A stretch of DNA of 64,000 nt from Patescibacteria group bacterium (GTDB lineage: Bacteria > Patescibacteriota > Patescibacteriia > JAHIZJ01). Positions within the stretch are counted from its first letter, which is position 1. Every line of letters begins with the position of its first letter. The notes beneath the pieces are model-generated. The model did not search any database. It worked only from the letters and a program-made list of their open reading frames with translations, and was not told the origin of the DNA. The position numbers and the translations under genes are program-made. The stretch is taken from the NCBI GenBank assembly GCA_028714495.1, contig JAQTMH010000001.1, positions 73,721 through 137,720 of the forward strand, in the 5' to 3' direction. This document shows positions 35,026 to 44,828 of the stretch, one piece after another.

Positions 35026-37854
35026 CTATTGGCTCACGCTAAGGTTAACACCACCTCGGAAGGCCGGATGAAAACTCATGAACTGGGTTATTACATCGCC
35101 CTCTGCGTCAAAGACTCTAACCTGGGGACCGCCGTCTTTCATCGGCGCGGTGATAATATCGGCTTTTCCATTGCCGTCCAAATCCGTTACCGCCAGTTCA
35201 AGCCCACCTCGGAACGCCTTATTGTACGCCATAAACTGATGTTCCAAGCCCAGTGGACCGAACACCTGGATATGCGGACCGCCGGCTGAAGGCGCCAGGA
35301 CAATTTCCATTTGACCGTCGCCGTCAACGTCGCCAGCGCCCGATTTCAAACCGAGACGCCAACTCTGGTTATAGGCGAAGAACTGGGTAACCAGCGTTCC
35401 GTCGTACTTCATTACCCGGACCTGCGGACCGCCGGCTGAAGCCGCGGTGACGATAAGTTCATTTGCCCCGTCATCGTTGTAATCGGCCAGAGTCACGTTG
35501 ACCCCGCCGCGGAAAGTCGAGGCAAAGGCGTAAAACTGACCCATGAGCTCTCCTGCCTTGTTGAACACCCGGATATGCGGGGCAGAGCCGGCATTGGTTG
35601 AAGTAATGATCTCAGCCACTCCGTCACCGTTGACGTCCCCGGCGTTGACCTTGATGCCTTTGCGGAAGGAGGTGGAATAGGCAAACCACTCGTTATGCAG
35701 AGAGAAGGTGTCGCCGATATAATCATAGATACGGACATGGGGACCGCCAGAAGTCGCTGGGGCGACGATCAGCTCATTGACGCCATCATTGTCGACATCG
35801 GCCGCGGCTAGGCTCAGTCCCCCGCGATAACTGAGGGCGTACGAGAAGAGGTCCGCTTTATAATCTCCGTGTGTATTAAATACGCGTATGTGCGGACCGC
35901 CAGCGCTGTAGGGCGCGGTGATAATTTCTTCTGCGCCATCGTTATCGAGATCAGTCATCAGGGTAGTGACACCACCGCGGAAGGTCTTAGCGTAGGCCAT
36001 GAATGTAGCTTTTAGTTTGCCCGATGAATCCCAAACGGTCACCTGCGGGCCGCCGCCGGCCTTAGCGCCGGTAACGATATAATTAACTGAGTTATCGATG
36101 TCTTCTTCATTGCCGGGAATTTGGGGTAAAGCAATCACATCATTGACGGTAAAATAAGTGGCGTGGTCAACTGTAAAACCGCATAGACCTCCCTTCACCA
36201 CGCAGGTGGTCTCGTTTGCCCAAACCTCTTCACCTTCCCCAAGTGCCTGAATCAGTAAGGTTTTCCCGTTGTATTCACTACCGACGTCAAACGCCAAAGT
36301 AACGTCTTTACTGAATTCAAGGTTCAAGCCAGGGATTCCTAGGTGAATCGTTTTTACTGGTCTACCGAGAAGATTGTTGTCGGTAAGACTGCCTATTTCA
36401 TATTCAACGTTGACTAATTTATAGAAAGCGAAACTGCCTCCGTCATTTTTTGTAACTATCGTGTTGTTCGGAAATGTGGCCGTGGCTTTTGCCGTACCAA
36501 TGGTCCATTCCCGCTCAATCGTTACCGAAGAAGCTTCAGCAGTATTTGTAATGGTTAACCCGGAAGCCTCGGGGAATAAAGTATTCAGGTCTTCGGGATA
36601 AAGATATACAAGGTTCCCTATTTTATCAACCAATAAGAGGTGCTCGACTTGCCATAATCCTTCTTTGCTGGATTTGGGGATCGTGACGGTCTCTTCGTAC
36701 ACGCCGCTTAGATCATTACCGGATATGCGCGTGAGGGTGCCGAAATCGATGAATTGAGTGCCGATCAGCGGGCGTATGCGTAATTGGGTTTCACTGCTGA
36801 TGTAACTGCCGCAATCACTGGCAATACAGACGCCCGCGGCATTGTCAGTCAGCGTCATCGTCAATGTCAGCGTTTGACTTTCATCACTAGTGTTGATTTC
36901 GGTCGGTGTAATCTCAAAAGAGGTTATCTGCGGCCGCTCCCGATCACTCCTGATTGCCGCGTTGAAAATGTCAGTCACGCCTGTTCCAAATTCCGCTTCC
37001 AGGTCAGCCTTGTACAGATATTGACCATTGCCGATTTTATCACCGAGGTAAAAATATTCGGCTGACCAGGTGCCGGGCACACTGCCCTGCGGTAATATTA
37101 CCGTTCCGGTATAAGTGCCATTCAGGGCATCACCAGAAGTACGGGTCAATGGAGCAATAACCACATTCTGCGCTTCGTTCGGAGAGATTAGTCGCAGCTG
37201 GGTTTGACTGACAGTGCCGATGCATTCATTGCCGCCGATACAAACACCGGCGTACTGGTCAGTCAGGGTAAGCGACAAGGTTATTTCCGCGTCAGCGTCG
37301 TCAGTATTTACTGTGCTCGGGGATAAGGCAAACGCAGTGACGTCCGGAGCGGCATCGTCGTAAAGAGTAGCGGTATTATTAACATCGCCTACTCCGTCGC
37401 CGAAAGCTAACTCGAGCTCACTGTTAGACAGCGACGTACTATTTCCCAGCTTATCAACCAACAACATATAGCTCAATTGCCAGACGCCATTTAGGCTATA
37501 TTGCGGGAGGATTGCCGTCGAAGTATAGATGCCATTTAAATCATCTCCGCTTATTCTGGTAAACGAAGTGAAAAAAACTAACTGCGATTCGCCCGTTGAT
37601 GTTAATCGTAGTTGCGTTTCGCTACTGGAGTAGCTGCCGCAATCGCCAGGTATGCAGACGCCGGCCTGATCATCAGTCAGCGTCAAGGTTAAAGTCAAAG
37701 TCTGGTCCGCTGATTCGGTGTTGACGGTATGCGGTGTCAGGCTGAGGGCGGTGACTTCAGGGGCAGCTGTGTCTTCAGCTGCGTTAGCGGCAGCGGGAAT
37801 AAAAAAGACGCACAAGCCAATAAACGCTAGCGCGATTGCGTTTTTTGTCGTCAT
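35026..37854 (-). CDS. Large secreted FG-GAP/VCBS-repeat protein
   Basis: 942 aa. Signal peptide. Repeated D.D.DG...E (FG-GAP/VCBS-like) motifs in the C-terminal half and repeated approx 130-aa modules in the N-terminal half. Confidence 0.7.
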   Translation of the reverse strand: MTTKNAIALAFIGLCVFFIPAAANAAEDTAAPEVTALSLTPHTVNTESADQTLTLTLTLTDDQAGVCIPGDCGSYSSSETQLRLTSTGESQLVFFTSFTRISGDDLNGIYTSTAILPQYSLNGVWQLSYMLLVDKLGNSTSLSNSELELAFGDGVGDVNNTATLYDDAAPDVTAFALSPSTVNTDDADAEITLSLTLTDQYAGVCIGGNECIGTVSQTQLRLISPNEAQNVVIAPLTRTSGDALNGTYTGTVILPQGSVPGTWSAEYFYLGDKIGNGQYLYKADLEAEFGTGVTDIFNAAIRSDRERPQITSFEITPTEINTSDESQTLTLTMTLTDNAAGVCIASDCGSYISSETQLRIRPLIGTQFIDFGTLTRISGNDLSGVYEETVTIPKSSKEGLWQVEHLLLVDKIGNLVYLYPEDLNTLFPEASGLTITNTAEASSVTIEREWTIGTAKATATFPNNTIVTKNDGGSFAFYKLVNVEYEIGSLTDNNLLGRPVKTIHLGIPGLNLEFSKDVTLAFDVGSEYNGKTLLIQALGEGEEVWANETTCVVKGGLCGFTVDHATYFTVNDVIALPQIPGNEEDIDNSVNYIVTGAKAGGGPQVTVWDSSGKLKATFMAYAKTFRGGVTTLMTDLDNDGAEEIITAPYSAGGPHIRVFNTHGDYKADLFSYALSYRGGLSLAAADVDNDGVNELIVAPATSGGPHVRIYDYIGDTFSLHNEWFAYSTSFRKGIKVNAGDVNGDGVAEIITSTNAGSAPHIRVFNKAGELMGQFYAFASTFRGGVNVTLADYNDDGANELIVTAASAGGPQVRVMKYDGTLVTQFFAYNQSWRLGLKSGAGDVDGDGQMEIVLAPSAGGPHIQVFGPLGLEHQFMAYNKAFRGGLELAVTDLDGNGKADIITAPMKDGGPQVRVFDAEGDVITQFMSFHPAFRGGVNLSVSQ

Positions 37855-38000
37855 ATTATTGTTTATTAATAATTTCCTGACTATCAGTATAATTATAACG
37901 GTAAAACTATTTTCCTACAATGTGTGATTTTTATAGCCTGAAAACCTTAAGGGTCCGGGACCGGCGCCACAAATAACTATTCGTTTAAATCTTATCATAT

Positions 38001-38021
38001 TAAATACCCAAGCCCTGGGGT
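38001..38021 (+). repeat. 21-nt direct repeat copy B (taaatacccaagccctggggt)
   Basis: Identical to 34943..34963. Lies at the left edge of the AT-rich island. Confidence 0.8.
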
Positions 38022-38180
38022 CGCGAGTGGAAGCCCGTTATAACCAATTTATTGGGAGTTTTAGAGGATGGGCAGTATATGAATATGCTATTGGCGAAAC
38101 TTGAGGCAATCGGCAATCTTATGGAAGCAAAAGGCCGGGTTTAGTTTATTATTAGTTATTATAGTTCTGAATGCCACTTT

Positions 38181-39125
38181 TTATTTAATAAAGCGACATC
38201 CTCCGCCACAATTTATATAGCTTTGACATTGATCGCAAATCGGCTTGGCGTTTTTCTGTCGAAAAGTTTTAACTTCATCTAGGTTGGATAATTCATTAAA
38301 ATTTTTATCAAAAAGATTGCCGAGTATCTCGGGATTCTGCTCACAGGTTCTCAAATTACCCAAGGGATCAATAACCCACTTATCTTTCCCGCATCCACAA
38401 GTACCAAATTTGAGGTGGGGGTATTTTTTATGATCAACTTCGCACGGTTCTATTGGTATGGTGATGTTTACTTGAATATTGTCTTGGGCGTTCTTGTGAT
38501 TGGCTATTCGCAAGGTGTCTTCCAGCTCCCGCCGGGAAATCTGCAGAGTCTCAATGTTTTTTATGCCCGCGCCTCCGGGTACGAAACGGTTGAGAGCGAT
38601 GGAATCGACTGAAAAAGCAAAGCACAAATCAACGACATCTGCTATGTCCGTATGGTTTGATTTGGTAATGGTAAATGAGGCGGTCAATGGAATCCTAAAT
38701 TTTTTAACAGCCAGTATTGCTTGGCGCACTTTTTCAAGCTGATTATTGCCACTTAGTTGAAAATAGGTTTTAGGGTAGGTGGTATCAAGGGATATTTCAA
38801 AGTATTTAACCCCGTCTTTTGTTAGTCTACGAACTTTTTCTTCATCAAGTAGAGTGCCATTGGTAGCCAAGCCAACTTTGTTTCCGAGCCCATATAGGAG
38901 ATTGACAATGTTAAAAATATCCGGATGCAGTAGAGGTTCACCGCCGGATAAGATGATGAATTTTGGCTTTATCTCGGCTAATAGTTTCTTGAATAGAACT
39001 TTGATGGAAGCCAGGCGCAACTCACCGCGCGGATATTTTTTGTTTTCCTTCCACACATTGTAGCAGTACAAACAGTTATTATTGCACCGTGGCGTGACTT
39101 CAAAAATAATATAAGGCCTATTCAT
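38181..39125 (-). CDS. Radical SAM enzyme with a C-terminal SPASM domain (peptide/protein maturase class)
   Basis: CNNNCLYC (CxxxCxxC) near the N-terminus. C-terminal Cys-rich CGCGKDKWV...C...CDQCQSYINCGGGC (SPASM-like). Confidence 0.8.
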   Translation of the reverse strand: MNRPYIIFEVTPRCNNNCLYCYNVWKENKKYPRGELRLASIKVLFKKLLAEIKPKFIILSGGEPLLHPDIFNIVNLLYGLGNKVGLATNGTLLDEEKVRRLTKDGVKYFEISLDTTYPKTYFQLSGNNQLEKVRQAILAVKKFRIPLTASFTITKSNHTDIADVVDLCFAFSVDSIALNRFVPGGAGIKNIETLQISRRELEDTLRIANHKNAQDNIQVNITIPIEPCEVDHKKYPHLKFGTCGCGKDKWVIDPLGNLRTCEQNPEILGNLFDKNFNELSNLDEVKTFRQKNAKPICDQCQSYINCGGGCRFIK

Positions 39126-40185
39126 TGGTTACTAAATCCTGAATCAGCTCATTGAGCTGAGGAAGTGCAATTTTTACTTTTTCAATTTCTTCTTTCGTCT
39201 CTTTATACTTGCTTTCAATATCTTCAGGGTAGTATATGTTAATATTTTTAGTACCTGATTTTTTATCTATCAGATATGACTGGTAGTTTTCCTCAAACGC
39301 ATTTATATAATATTGTGCGGTTCGCAGTAGGCTGGTTTTATTAACTCCATTGTCATAATAATTATTGGCATAATATACGGTGTAATGGGACGAAATCGTA
39401 TCAAGTATTGAAAAAAGTTCGATATCCTGCCAAATCAGCCGTTGCGCCTGGGTAAAATCATCGCTACTAACGATACCCTTGTTACGCAATTCAATAAGAG
39501 TGTCAATCTTAAATTCTAGATCTTTTATTGAATTTTCTTTATCGGTCAATGTAATAGGTGGAATCATCCGCATTATCATACTAGAAAAACCCGTAGACAT
39601 ATAGCTAATGCGCTCTTGGCAAATTTTTTCAATCAGATCAATTTCAGTGTCGCTAAGTACAAGTTCCTCCTGCGTCATACCCTCCAGACTGTTTATCAAT
39701 GTCGTCAGCTCACCCTTAAAAATTTCGGCCTGTTCTTGGGTAATTGCATCGGCATACTCTCCATAATAGGTAGTAAGGGCGGTATCATCAGTTTTATTTT
39801 TTGGGACAATATCGTCAAGTTTCTGCCAGAAGGTTTTGAAATTCTTCCATTCTGAAGTATTATTGAGTAATTTAATCCTACCTGATTTATATTCAACAGT
39901 TTGTGGAGTGGTTTTATTTTGTTTGATGTTCGTATTGGTCTTATCCGTTTTTTCTAAAAGATCGCAGCCACTCAAAGTAAAGGCGATGAGGAGAGTGCTC
40001 ATAAACAGGCCGTACTTTTTATATTTATTCACCTTAAGCTTCCTGAATCCGATAATGGTCAGGATGGAAGCGACAATAGAGGCAGTGGAAATGATGATAA
40101 TGTTATATATTTTATCCATATTTGTATTATACCTTTTTATCAAAAAACCGCCATTGTTGGCGATCTTTTGTTTTGGTTCAAGCAA
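39118..40185 (-). CDS. Hypothetical lipoprotein/membrane protein cotranscribed with the rSAM-SPASM gene
   Basis: TM plus lipobox LSGCD. Overlaps the rSAM gene by 8 nt. Confidence 0.55.
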   Translation of the reverse strand: MLEPKQKIANNGGFLIKRYNTNMDKIYNIIIISTASIVASILTIIGFRKLKVNKYKKYGLFMSTLLIAFTLSGCDLLEKTDKTNTNIKQNKTTPQTVEYKSGRIKLLNNTSEWKNFKTFWQKLDDIVPKNKTDDTALTTYYGEYADAITQEQAEIFKGELTTLINSLEGMTQEELVLSDTEIDLIEKICQERISYMSTGFSSMIMRMIPPITLTDKENSIKDLEFKIDTLIELRNKGIVSSDDFTQAQRLIWQDIELFSILDTISSHYTVYYANNYYDNGVNKTSLLRTAQYYINAFEENYQSYLIDKKSGTKNINIYYPEDIESKYKETKEEIEKVKIALPQLNELIQDLVTNE

Positions 40186-40279
40186 GCTTCAAAAGGGTGG
40201 CATTATAGATAAGTTCAGAACAGTTGACTGGAAGCGGGTTCTAGATGATCTAGCGCAGTTATTCCCTACTTTGTCATCA

Positions 40280-40741
40280 CTAGCTAGAATCCCTTAGCAT
40301 TACTTGTACTCTTTTTGCGACTTGAGGGCTAGCCACAACGCCCTCAATTAGTTGTTTGATTATTTCTTCGGGCATTGCTTCTGAGCAAACCTTTAGTTTG
40401 CATTGTTGCAATTTATCAATAAGGTATTGAGAAGTTTTTTCAAAAACACTATTACAGTCAATTACAGTATCCAAACAAAAAATTGAATACTGAGCAGGCT
40501 TTACAATCACAAGAGTTTTTGACGGGAGCTTTAATCTGCGTATTATACTCTTTCTTTTTTCCACCTGTGATGAAGCGCAAACTAAAATAAGAAACTCATC
40601 ACTTCTCGGATTTTTATTGAGGACAATAAAATAATGAGGCTCAGTAGATTTTAGTTGTTCCTCTTCAAAATAGTAGACTGAGCCAGTCTTTATGGTTGAT
40701 AAAATATGGATATGAGGTGGAATATCCATTTGTATAAACAA
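40280..40741 (-). CDS. Candidate toxin partner of the Panacea-domain antitoxin (unknown family)
   Basis: 153 aa. Starts 1 nt after the antitoxin stop (translationally coupled). No known motif. Confidence 0.4.
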   Translation of the reverse strand: MFIQMDIPPHIHILSTIKTGSVYYFEEEQLKSTEPHYFIVLNKNPRSDEFLILVCASSQVEKRKSIIRRLKLPSKTLVIVKPAQYSIFCLDTVIDCNSVFEKTSQYLIDKLQQCKLKVCSEAMPEEIIKQLIEGVVASPQVAKRVQVMLRDSS

Positions 40742-41350
40742 CTAAAGCCAATATTGGGCTACTTGGTAATTTTCGGTAAAGATTTCTTTTGAGGCATCCA
40801 AAATGTCTTTACCCAGAGCAAATTTATCTTCGCCGTTATTTATAGGGTCATTAAAAAAGTCTGAATAAGTCATTGGTTCTCTCGTTGTTTCTTTTGAGTC
40901 AAATGCACCCTTAAACTTTCTCCATTCTGGATAACGGTGAGTAATATTTACCAACTTAGAGGCTGGGTACTTCCCAAATTGGTTATAGCTAAAATTAAGA
41001 GCATCCAATTCACTTTGTGAAAACAAATCCTCTTGTACTTCATTTACTGACTGGACACTATTAGCTTGAGAACCTTGTCGGATATAACTTTGCGCGTATT
41101 GTTTCTCTTGATCAGCTAAAAAAACTGTTGAGTCGACAATATCTTTAACCGAAGAACCTACCGGTCCTAGGGGCATAGCAAAATAAGCATCGTTTATCAT
41201 TGGTCGTCCATACCGTCTTAGATGGAATCGATCAGCTAAGTAAATGAGCTTAATAAGTTTGAGTTTATCAATACTACCACCTTCTTTTTTAGCAAGGTAG
41301 TTAATTACTTGGGTAGCTTTTTTGTAGTCAAACTCAAGTAATGTTTTCAT
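40742..41350 (-). CDS. Panacea-domain (DUF4065/SocA-like) antitoxin
   Basis: KLIKLIYLADRFHLRRYGRPMINDAYFAMPLGPV resembles the Panacea domain core. Confidence 0.6.
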   Translation of the reverse strand: MKTLLEFDYKKATQVINYLAKKEGGSIDKLKLIKLIYLADRFHLRRYGRPMINDAYFAMPLGPVGSSVKDIVDSTVFLADQEKQYAQSYIRQGSQANSVQSVNEVQEDLFSQSELDALNFSYNQFGKYPASKLVNITHRYPEWRKFKGAFDSKETTREPMTYSDFFNDPINNGEDKFALGKDILDASKEIFTENYQVAQYWL

Positions 41351-41437
41351 ATTTTCACCTTTCGTTTATAGCGTTCAATACTACTCAATCCTACCTTTTT
41401 ACTTGAAAATAATCAAGATGTAAACTAAAGTAAAGTT

Positions 41438-42196
41438 ATGATAAACAATAAAGGTCAAAAGCTTACAAAAGAACAGTTTAATAAAGGAATGAAGAAACTT
41501 GCCAGTTCCCAAGGCCGACAGAAGCTATGGAACTACTTCTTAAGTATTATTAAATCGACCAAATTCCAAAAGACTATTGCTGACTTGCGAAAAAAATATG
41601 ACATACCAAAAGATGGCTTTGGGCCTTCTTCCGAAGGGTTCATTCTGCCTCCCCGTCAATGGGAATATGAGGACCCTCGAAATAGAAAAATTAGAAATGA
41701 CGCAGAAGGTCTTTGTAAGGAATATGGTTTATATTTTATTGATTGGCAGGATGTAATAGAATTTGTCATATATTATAATAAACTTTATAAGCCAGAAGAA
41801 ATTGGCGGCGATCTCTGTATGGTTTCAGATTTTAGGGAAGAAGCGAAAGAGCCATTTACAAAATGGATTCAGGCGGCTGATGATTATTCCTTTCCTGTAG
41901 CAATAAGGGTCAGCCCCTATGCGAGCGAGCGGGATATAATTGATTTTATTAAGAAAAGCTACTACCTTTTTATTAAGCCGATTCAGGATTCTTATAAGGA
42001 GAGCGGCTCAAAAATAGGAAAGCTAAAAAAACGAAAGAAGTCAATTCAAGATAGAAATGATTTTATATACAACAACCGCGAACTCCCAAGAAGAGAAATT
42101 GGGAAGTTAGTTAGTAAAAAATTTAATGAACTTCTGGACTATGGGCTTATCGGGAAAATTATTTCAATTGAAAAAGAAAGGAGAAGGGATGTGTAA
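41438..42196 (+). CDS. Hypothetical protein (mobile-element associated)
   Basis: 252 aa ORF, AT-rich. Confidence 0.5.
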   Translation: MINNKGQKLTKEQFNKGMKKLASSQGRQKLWNYFLSIIKSTKFQKTIADLRKKYDIPKDGFGPSSEGFILPPRQWEYEDPRNRKIRNDAEGLCKEYGLYFIDWQDVIEFVIYYNKLYKPEEIGGDLCMVSDFREEAKEPFTKWIQAADDYSFPVAIRVSPYASERDIIDFIKKSYYLFIKPIQDSYKESGSKIGKLKKRKKSIQDRNDFIYNNRELPRREIGKLVSKKFNELLDYGLIGKIISIEKERRRDV

Positions 42197-42277
42197 CACA
42201 GAAATTTTCTAGGGTACAGAAAATTCTTATACAAGTAATTCAATAAACGATAACCTGATGATATAACATCAGGTTTT

Positions 42278-42460
42278 ATGTTTTTTAGGCAACAAACATC
42301 AACCAATAACGCAATAAATCAAGAAAAGATTGATGATATTTTTGTTGACTTTGAGTCTAGGTCAAATATCGTTGGTCTCTTTGATTTGTTACTCAAGATT
42401 GATCGGCGTAATAATCCACAACGATACAAACCAGAAATGAGGGAGAAAGACTATGATTGA
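42278..42460 (+). CDS. Small hypothetical protein
   Basis: 60 aa ORF overlapping the downstream gene by 8 nt. Confidence 0.3.
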   Translation: MFFRQQTSTNNAINQEKIDDIFVDFESRSNIVGLFDLLLKIDRRNNPQRYKPEMREKDYD

Positions 42461-43583
42461 TACTATTATTCTTTCAATCCCTAAAACAAAAACTATTAAA
42501 CTAGATTTTATGGATGACAGCCTAAAGCCGTGGGACTTGCAATCACGAACTAATGTCTATGATAAGTATGTTAAAAACGCACCAAGCAAAGAGATTGGAC
42601 AAGGCACATATTATCCCCGGCTAACAGGATTCAGAAGGAAGGGTGAAAATGGCGAGTGGGGTTCAACCATCAAGATTGAGTTTTCTGCTCCCAAACTACT
42701 TTTTCAGAATAATCTTGATGAGCTTACAGAAGATCAATTTGATAATGTTGTTGACGTTTTACGGGAGCGAATGAAAAAAATGGGAGTTGGTGCGCTAACG
42801 GGGATAATTGCGGATGCGAAAGTAATGGCTGTTCACTATTCAAAAAACATTGAACTTACAAATGGGTATACGGCAGAATACGTGATTGGAGAACTTAATA
42901 AGGTTAACCTCAATAAACGCTTTGACCTTGCTCGCGCACGTTATATGAACGATGGTCAAAGTTTATATGCTTATACAACCGCACATTCACTAGTCATCTA
43001 TGACAAAATAGCAGACTTAACACGGGGTAAAAAACGATCTACCGACAGGGAGCAATCTGATTATCAGTTAAGCTTATTGGAAGCGTTAGTAAGTCAAAAG
43101 AAACAACGAGAAATACTCCGTATAGAAGTGCGTCTAAGCCAGAAACAAAAAATTAACACCCTTTTTGAAAAACTTGGCTACACCAAAAATCCGTCTTTCA
43201 AAGATGTTTTTTCAGAGGAAAAAAGTAAAGCAGTACTCCAACATTATTGGGATACGATGATTGATGGCAATATTTCCTTTCTTTTTACCCCCTCGCTGTC
43301 TGCCAAAGATGTGCTGAAACAAGTACTGTTTATGCAACCTGATATTAAACCCAAAGAAGCTATTTACCGTACCGGGTTAGTATTGGCTTCGCGTGAAGGC
43401 AATGGGATGCGTGAATTACGGGCAATGCTTAAAAAACGATCAAACGATAGGACGTGGTTCAGAATGGCTGCTGATGCAAGGGCAACTGGTCTGGCTTTGA
43501 GCGAAATACAGCCAAGAGAGTGGTGCAGTCAAATCAAGGGTATTCTAAGGGATTATCGGCCATTTCGGGTGAAAAATAGCTGA
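42453..43583 (+). CDS. Rep_trans-like rolling-circle replication initiator
   Basis: MIDTIILSIP N-terminus, SLVIYDK, and LRIEVRL resembling conserved blocks of the replication initiation factor family. Confidence 0.55.
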   Translation: MIDTIILSIPKTKTIKLDFMDDSLKPWDLQSRTNVYDKYVKNAPSKEIGQGTYYPRLTGFRRKGENGEWGSTIKIEFSAPKLLFQNNLDELTEDQFDNVVDVLRERMKKMGVGALTGIIADAKVMAVHYSKNIELTNGYTAEYVIGELNKVNLNKRFDLARARYMNDGQSLYAYTTAHSLVIYDKIADLTRGKKRSTDREQSDYQLSLLEALVSQKKQREILRIEVRLSQKQKINTLFEKLGYTKNPSFKDVFSEEKSKAVLQHYWDTMIDGNISFLFTPSLSAKDVLKQVLFMQPDIKPKEAIYRTGLVLASREGNGMRELRAMLKKRSNDRTWFRMAADARATGLALSEIQPREWCSQIKGILRDYRPFRVKNS

Positions 43584-43619
43584 CTTGCTATGTAAACCAT
43601 TGTAAAGTATAATATAAGT

Positions 43620-43796
43620 ATGAAAAAACAAGATTTCTATACAGCCCAAGAGTTAGCGGATAAACTTCGGGTCAATGTAATGACTATTTATCGTTATATC
43701 AAGGCTGGCAAACTAGAAGCCTATAAGTTTGGTAAAGAGTTTAGAATTAAACTCAAAGAATTCGATACTTTTATAAATAGTGCCAAGGTGAAGTAA
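43620..43796 (+). CDS. Excisionase/AlpA-like HTH DNA-binding protein (58 aa, below the ORF-track size cutoff)
   Basis: MKKQDFYTAQELADKLRVNVMTIYRYIKAGKLEAYKFGKEFRIKLKEF. Confidence 0.6.
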   Translation: MKKQDFYTAQELADKLRVNVMTIYRYIKAGKLEAYKFGKEFRIKLKEFDTFINSAKVK

Positions 43797-43797
43797 T

Positions 43798-44823
43798 ATG
43801 CAAACAAGTCTTTTCAAAAAAAAGAGAAAAAGCTGGGACAAGGGCGGGAATAAATTTACCTTTATTGATTTATTTGCAGGCATTGGAGGTTTTCGTATAG
43901 CACTTGAGGATCAGGGTGGTAAGTGTTTGTTCTCATCTGAAATAGATAAAGAATGTGTGAAAACTTACGCGGCAAATTTTAACGATTACCCGAGTGGCGA
44001 TATTACTGAAATCAAGCCATCCTCAATACCAAAACACGATATTCTCTGCGGCGGCTTTCCTTGCCAGCCATTTAGCATATCAGGAAAACAAAAAGGGTTT
44101 CAGGATACAAGAGGAACATTATTTTTCAATATATTAGAAATAATAAAAGAAAAAACTCCGAAAGTTGTTTTTTTAGAAAACGTAAAACATCTTCAATACC
44201 ACGACAAGAAAAGGACACTAGCAACAATTATTAAACACCTTGAAGAGCTTGGCTATAAAACGGAGTGGCATTTATTAAATGCAAAGGATTTTGGATTGGC
44301 GCAAAATAGGGAGAGAATAATTATTATCGGGAATAAGCACAAACACTTTAGTTTTTCAAAAATTAAAACTTATGAGCCAAAAATTATTAAAGATATTTTA
44401 GAAAAAAATGGTAATTTCGAATATCTTAAGCCGTCAGAATTTACAATTCTTCCAAAGGGCAAATGGAGAAAACAGGCATCAGGGTTAATATTTTGCGGGT
44501 ATAGAAATAAATCCATACGAATAAATGGAACACGACCAAATACAGAGCATCTATCCCGTGTTCATAAGCAGCCCAATAGGATATATCACATAGATGGTAC
44601 GCACCCCACTATCCCATCACAAGAATCATCTGGAAGATTTTGGATATTTGATGGGAAAAAAGTCAGAAAGTTAACCTTAAATGAGTGTTTTCGGCTTATG
44701 GGGTTCCCTGATGATTTTGAAAAAGTTAGTAGCAATGGCGCAAGGTACAACCAGATTGGGAATGCAGTTGCAATACCGATGATCAGGGAAGTAACTCATC
44801 AAATATTAAATCAACTAATATAA
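43798..44823 (+). CDS. DNA cytosine-5 methyltransferase
   Basis: FIDLFAGIGGFRIALE (motif I), GGFPCQPFSISGK (motif IV), FLENVKHL (ENV) and QIGNAVAIP (motif X). Confidence 0.9.
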   Translation: MQTSLFKKKRKSWDKGGNKFTFIDLFAGIGGFRIALEDQGGKCLFSSEIDKECVKTYAANFNDYPSGDITEIKPSSIPKHDILCGGFPCQPFSISGKQKGFQDTRGTLFFNILEIIKEKTPKVVFLENVKHLQYHDKKRTLATIIKHLEELGYKTEWHLLNAKDFGLAQNRERIIIIGNKHKHFSFSKIKTYEPKIIKDILEKNGNFEYLKPSEFTILPKGKWRKQASGLIFCGYRNKSIRINGTRPNTEHLSRVHKQPNRIYHIDGTHPTIPSQESSGRFWIFDGKKVRKLTLNECFRLMGFPDDFEKVSSNGARYNQIGNAVAIPMIREVTHQILNQLI

Positions 44824-44828
44824 ATCAT

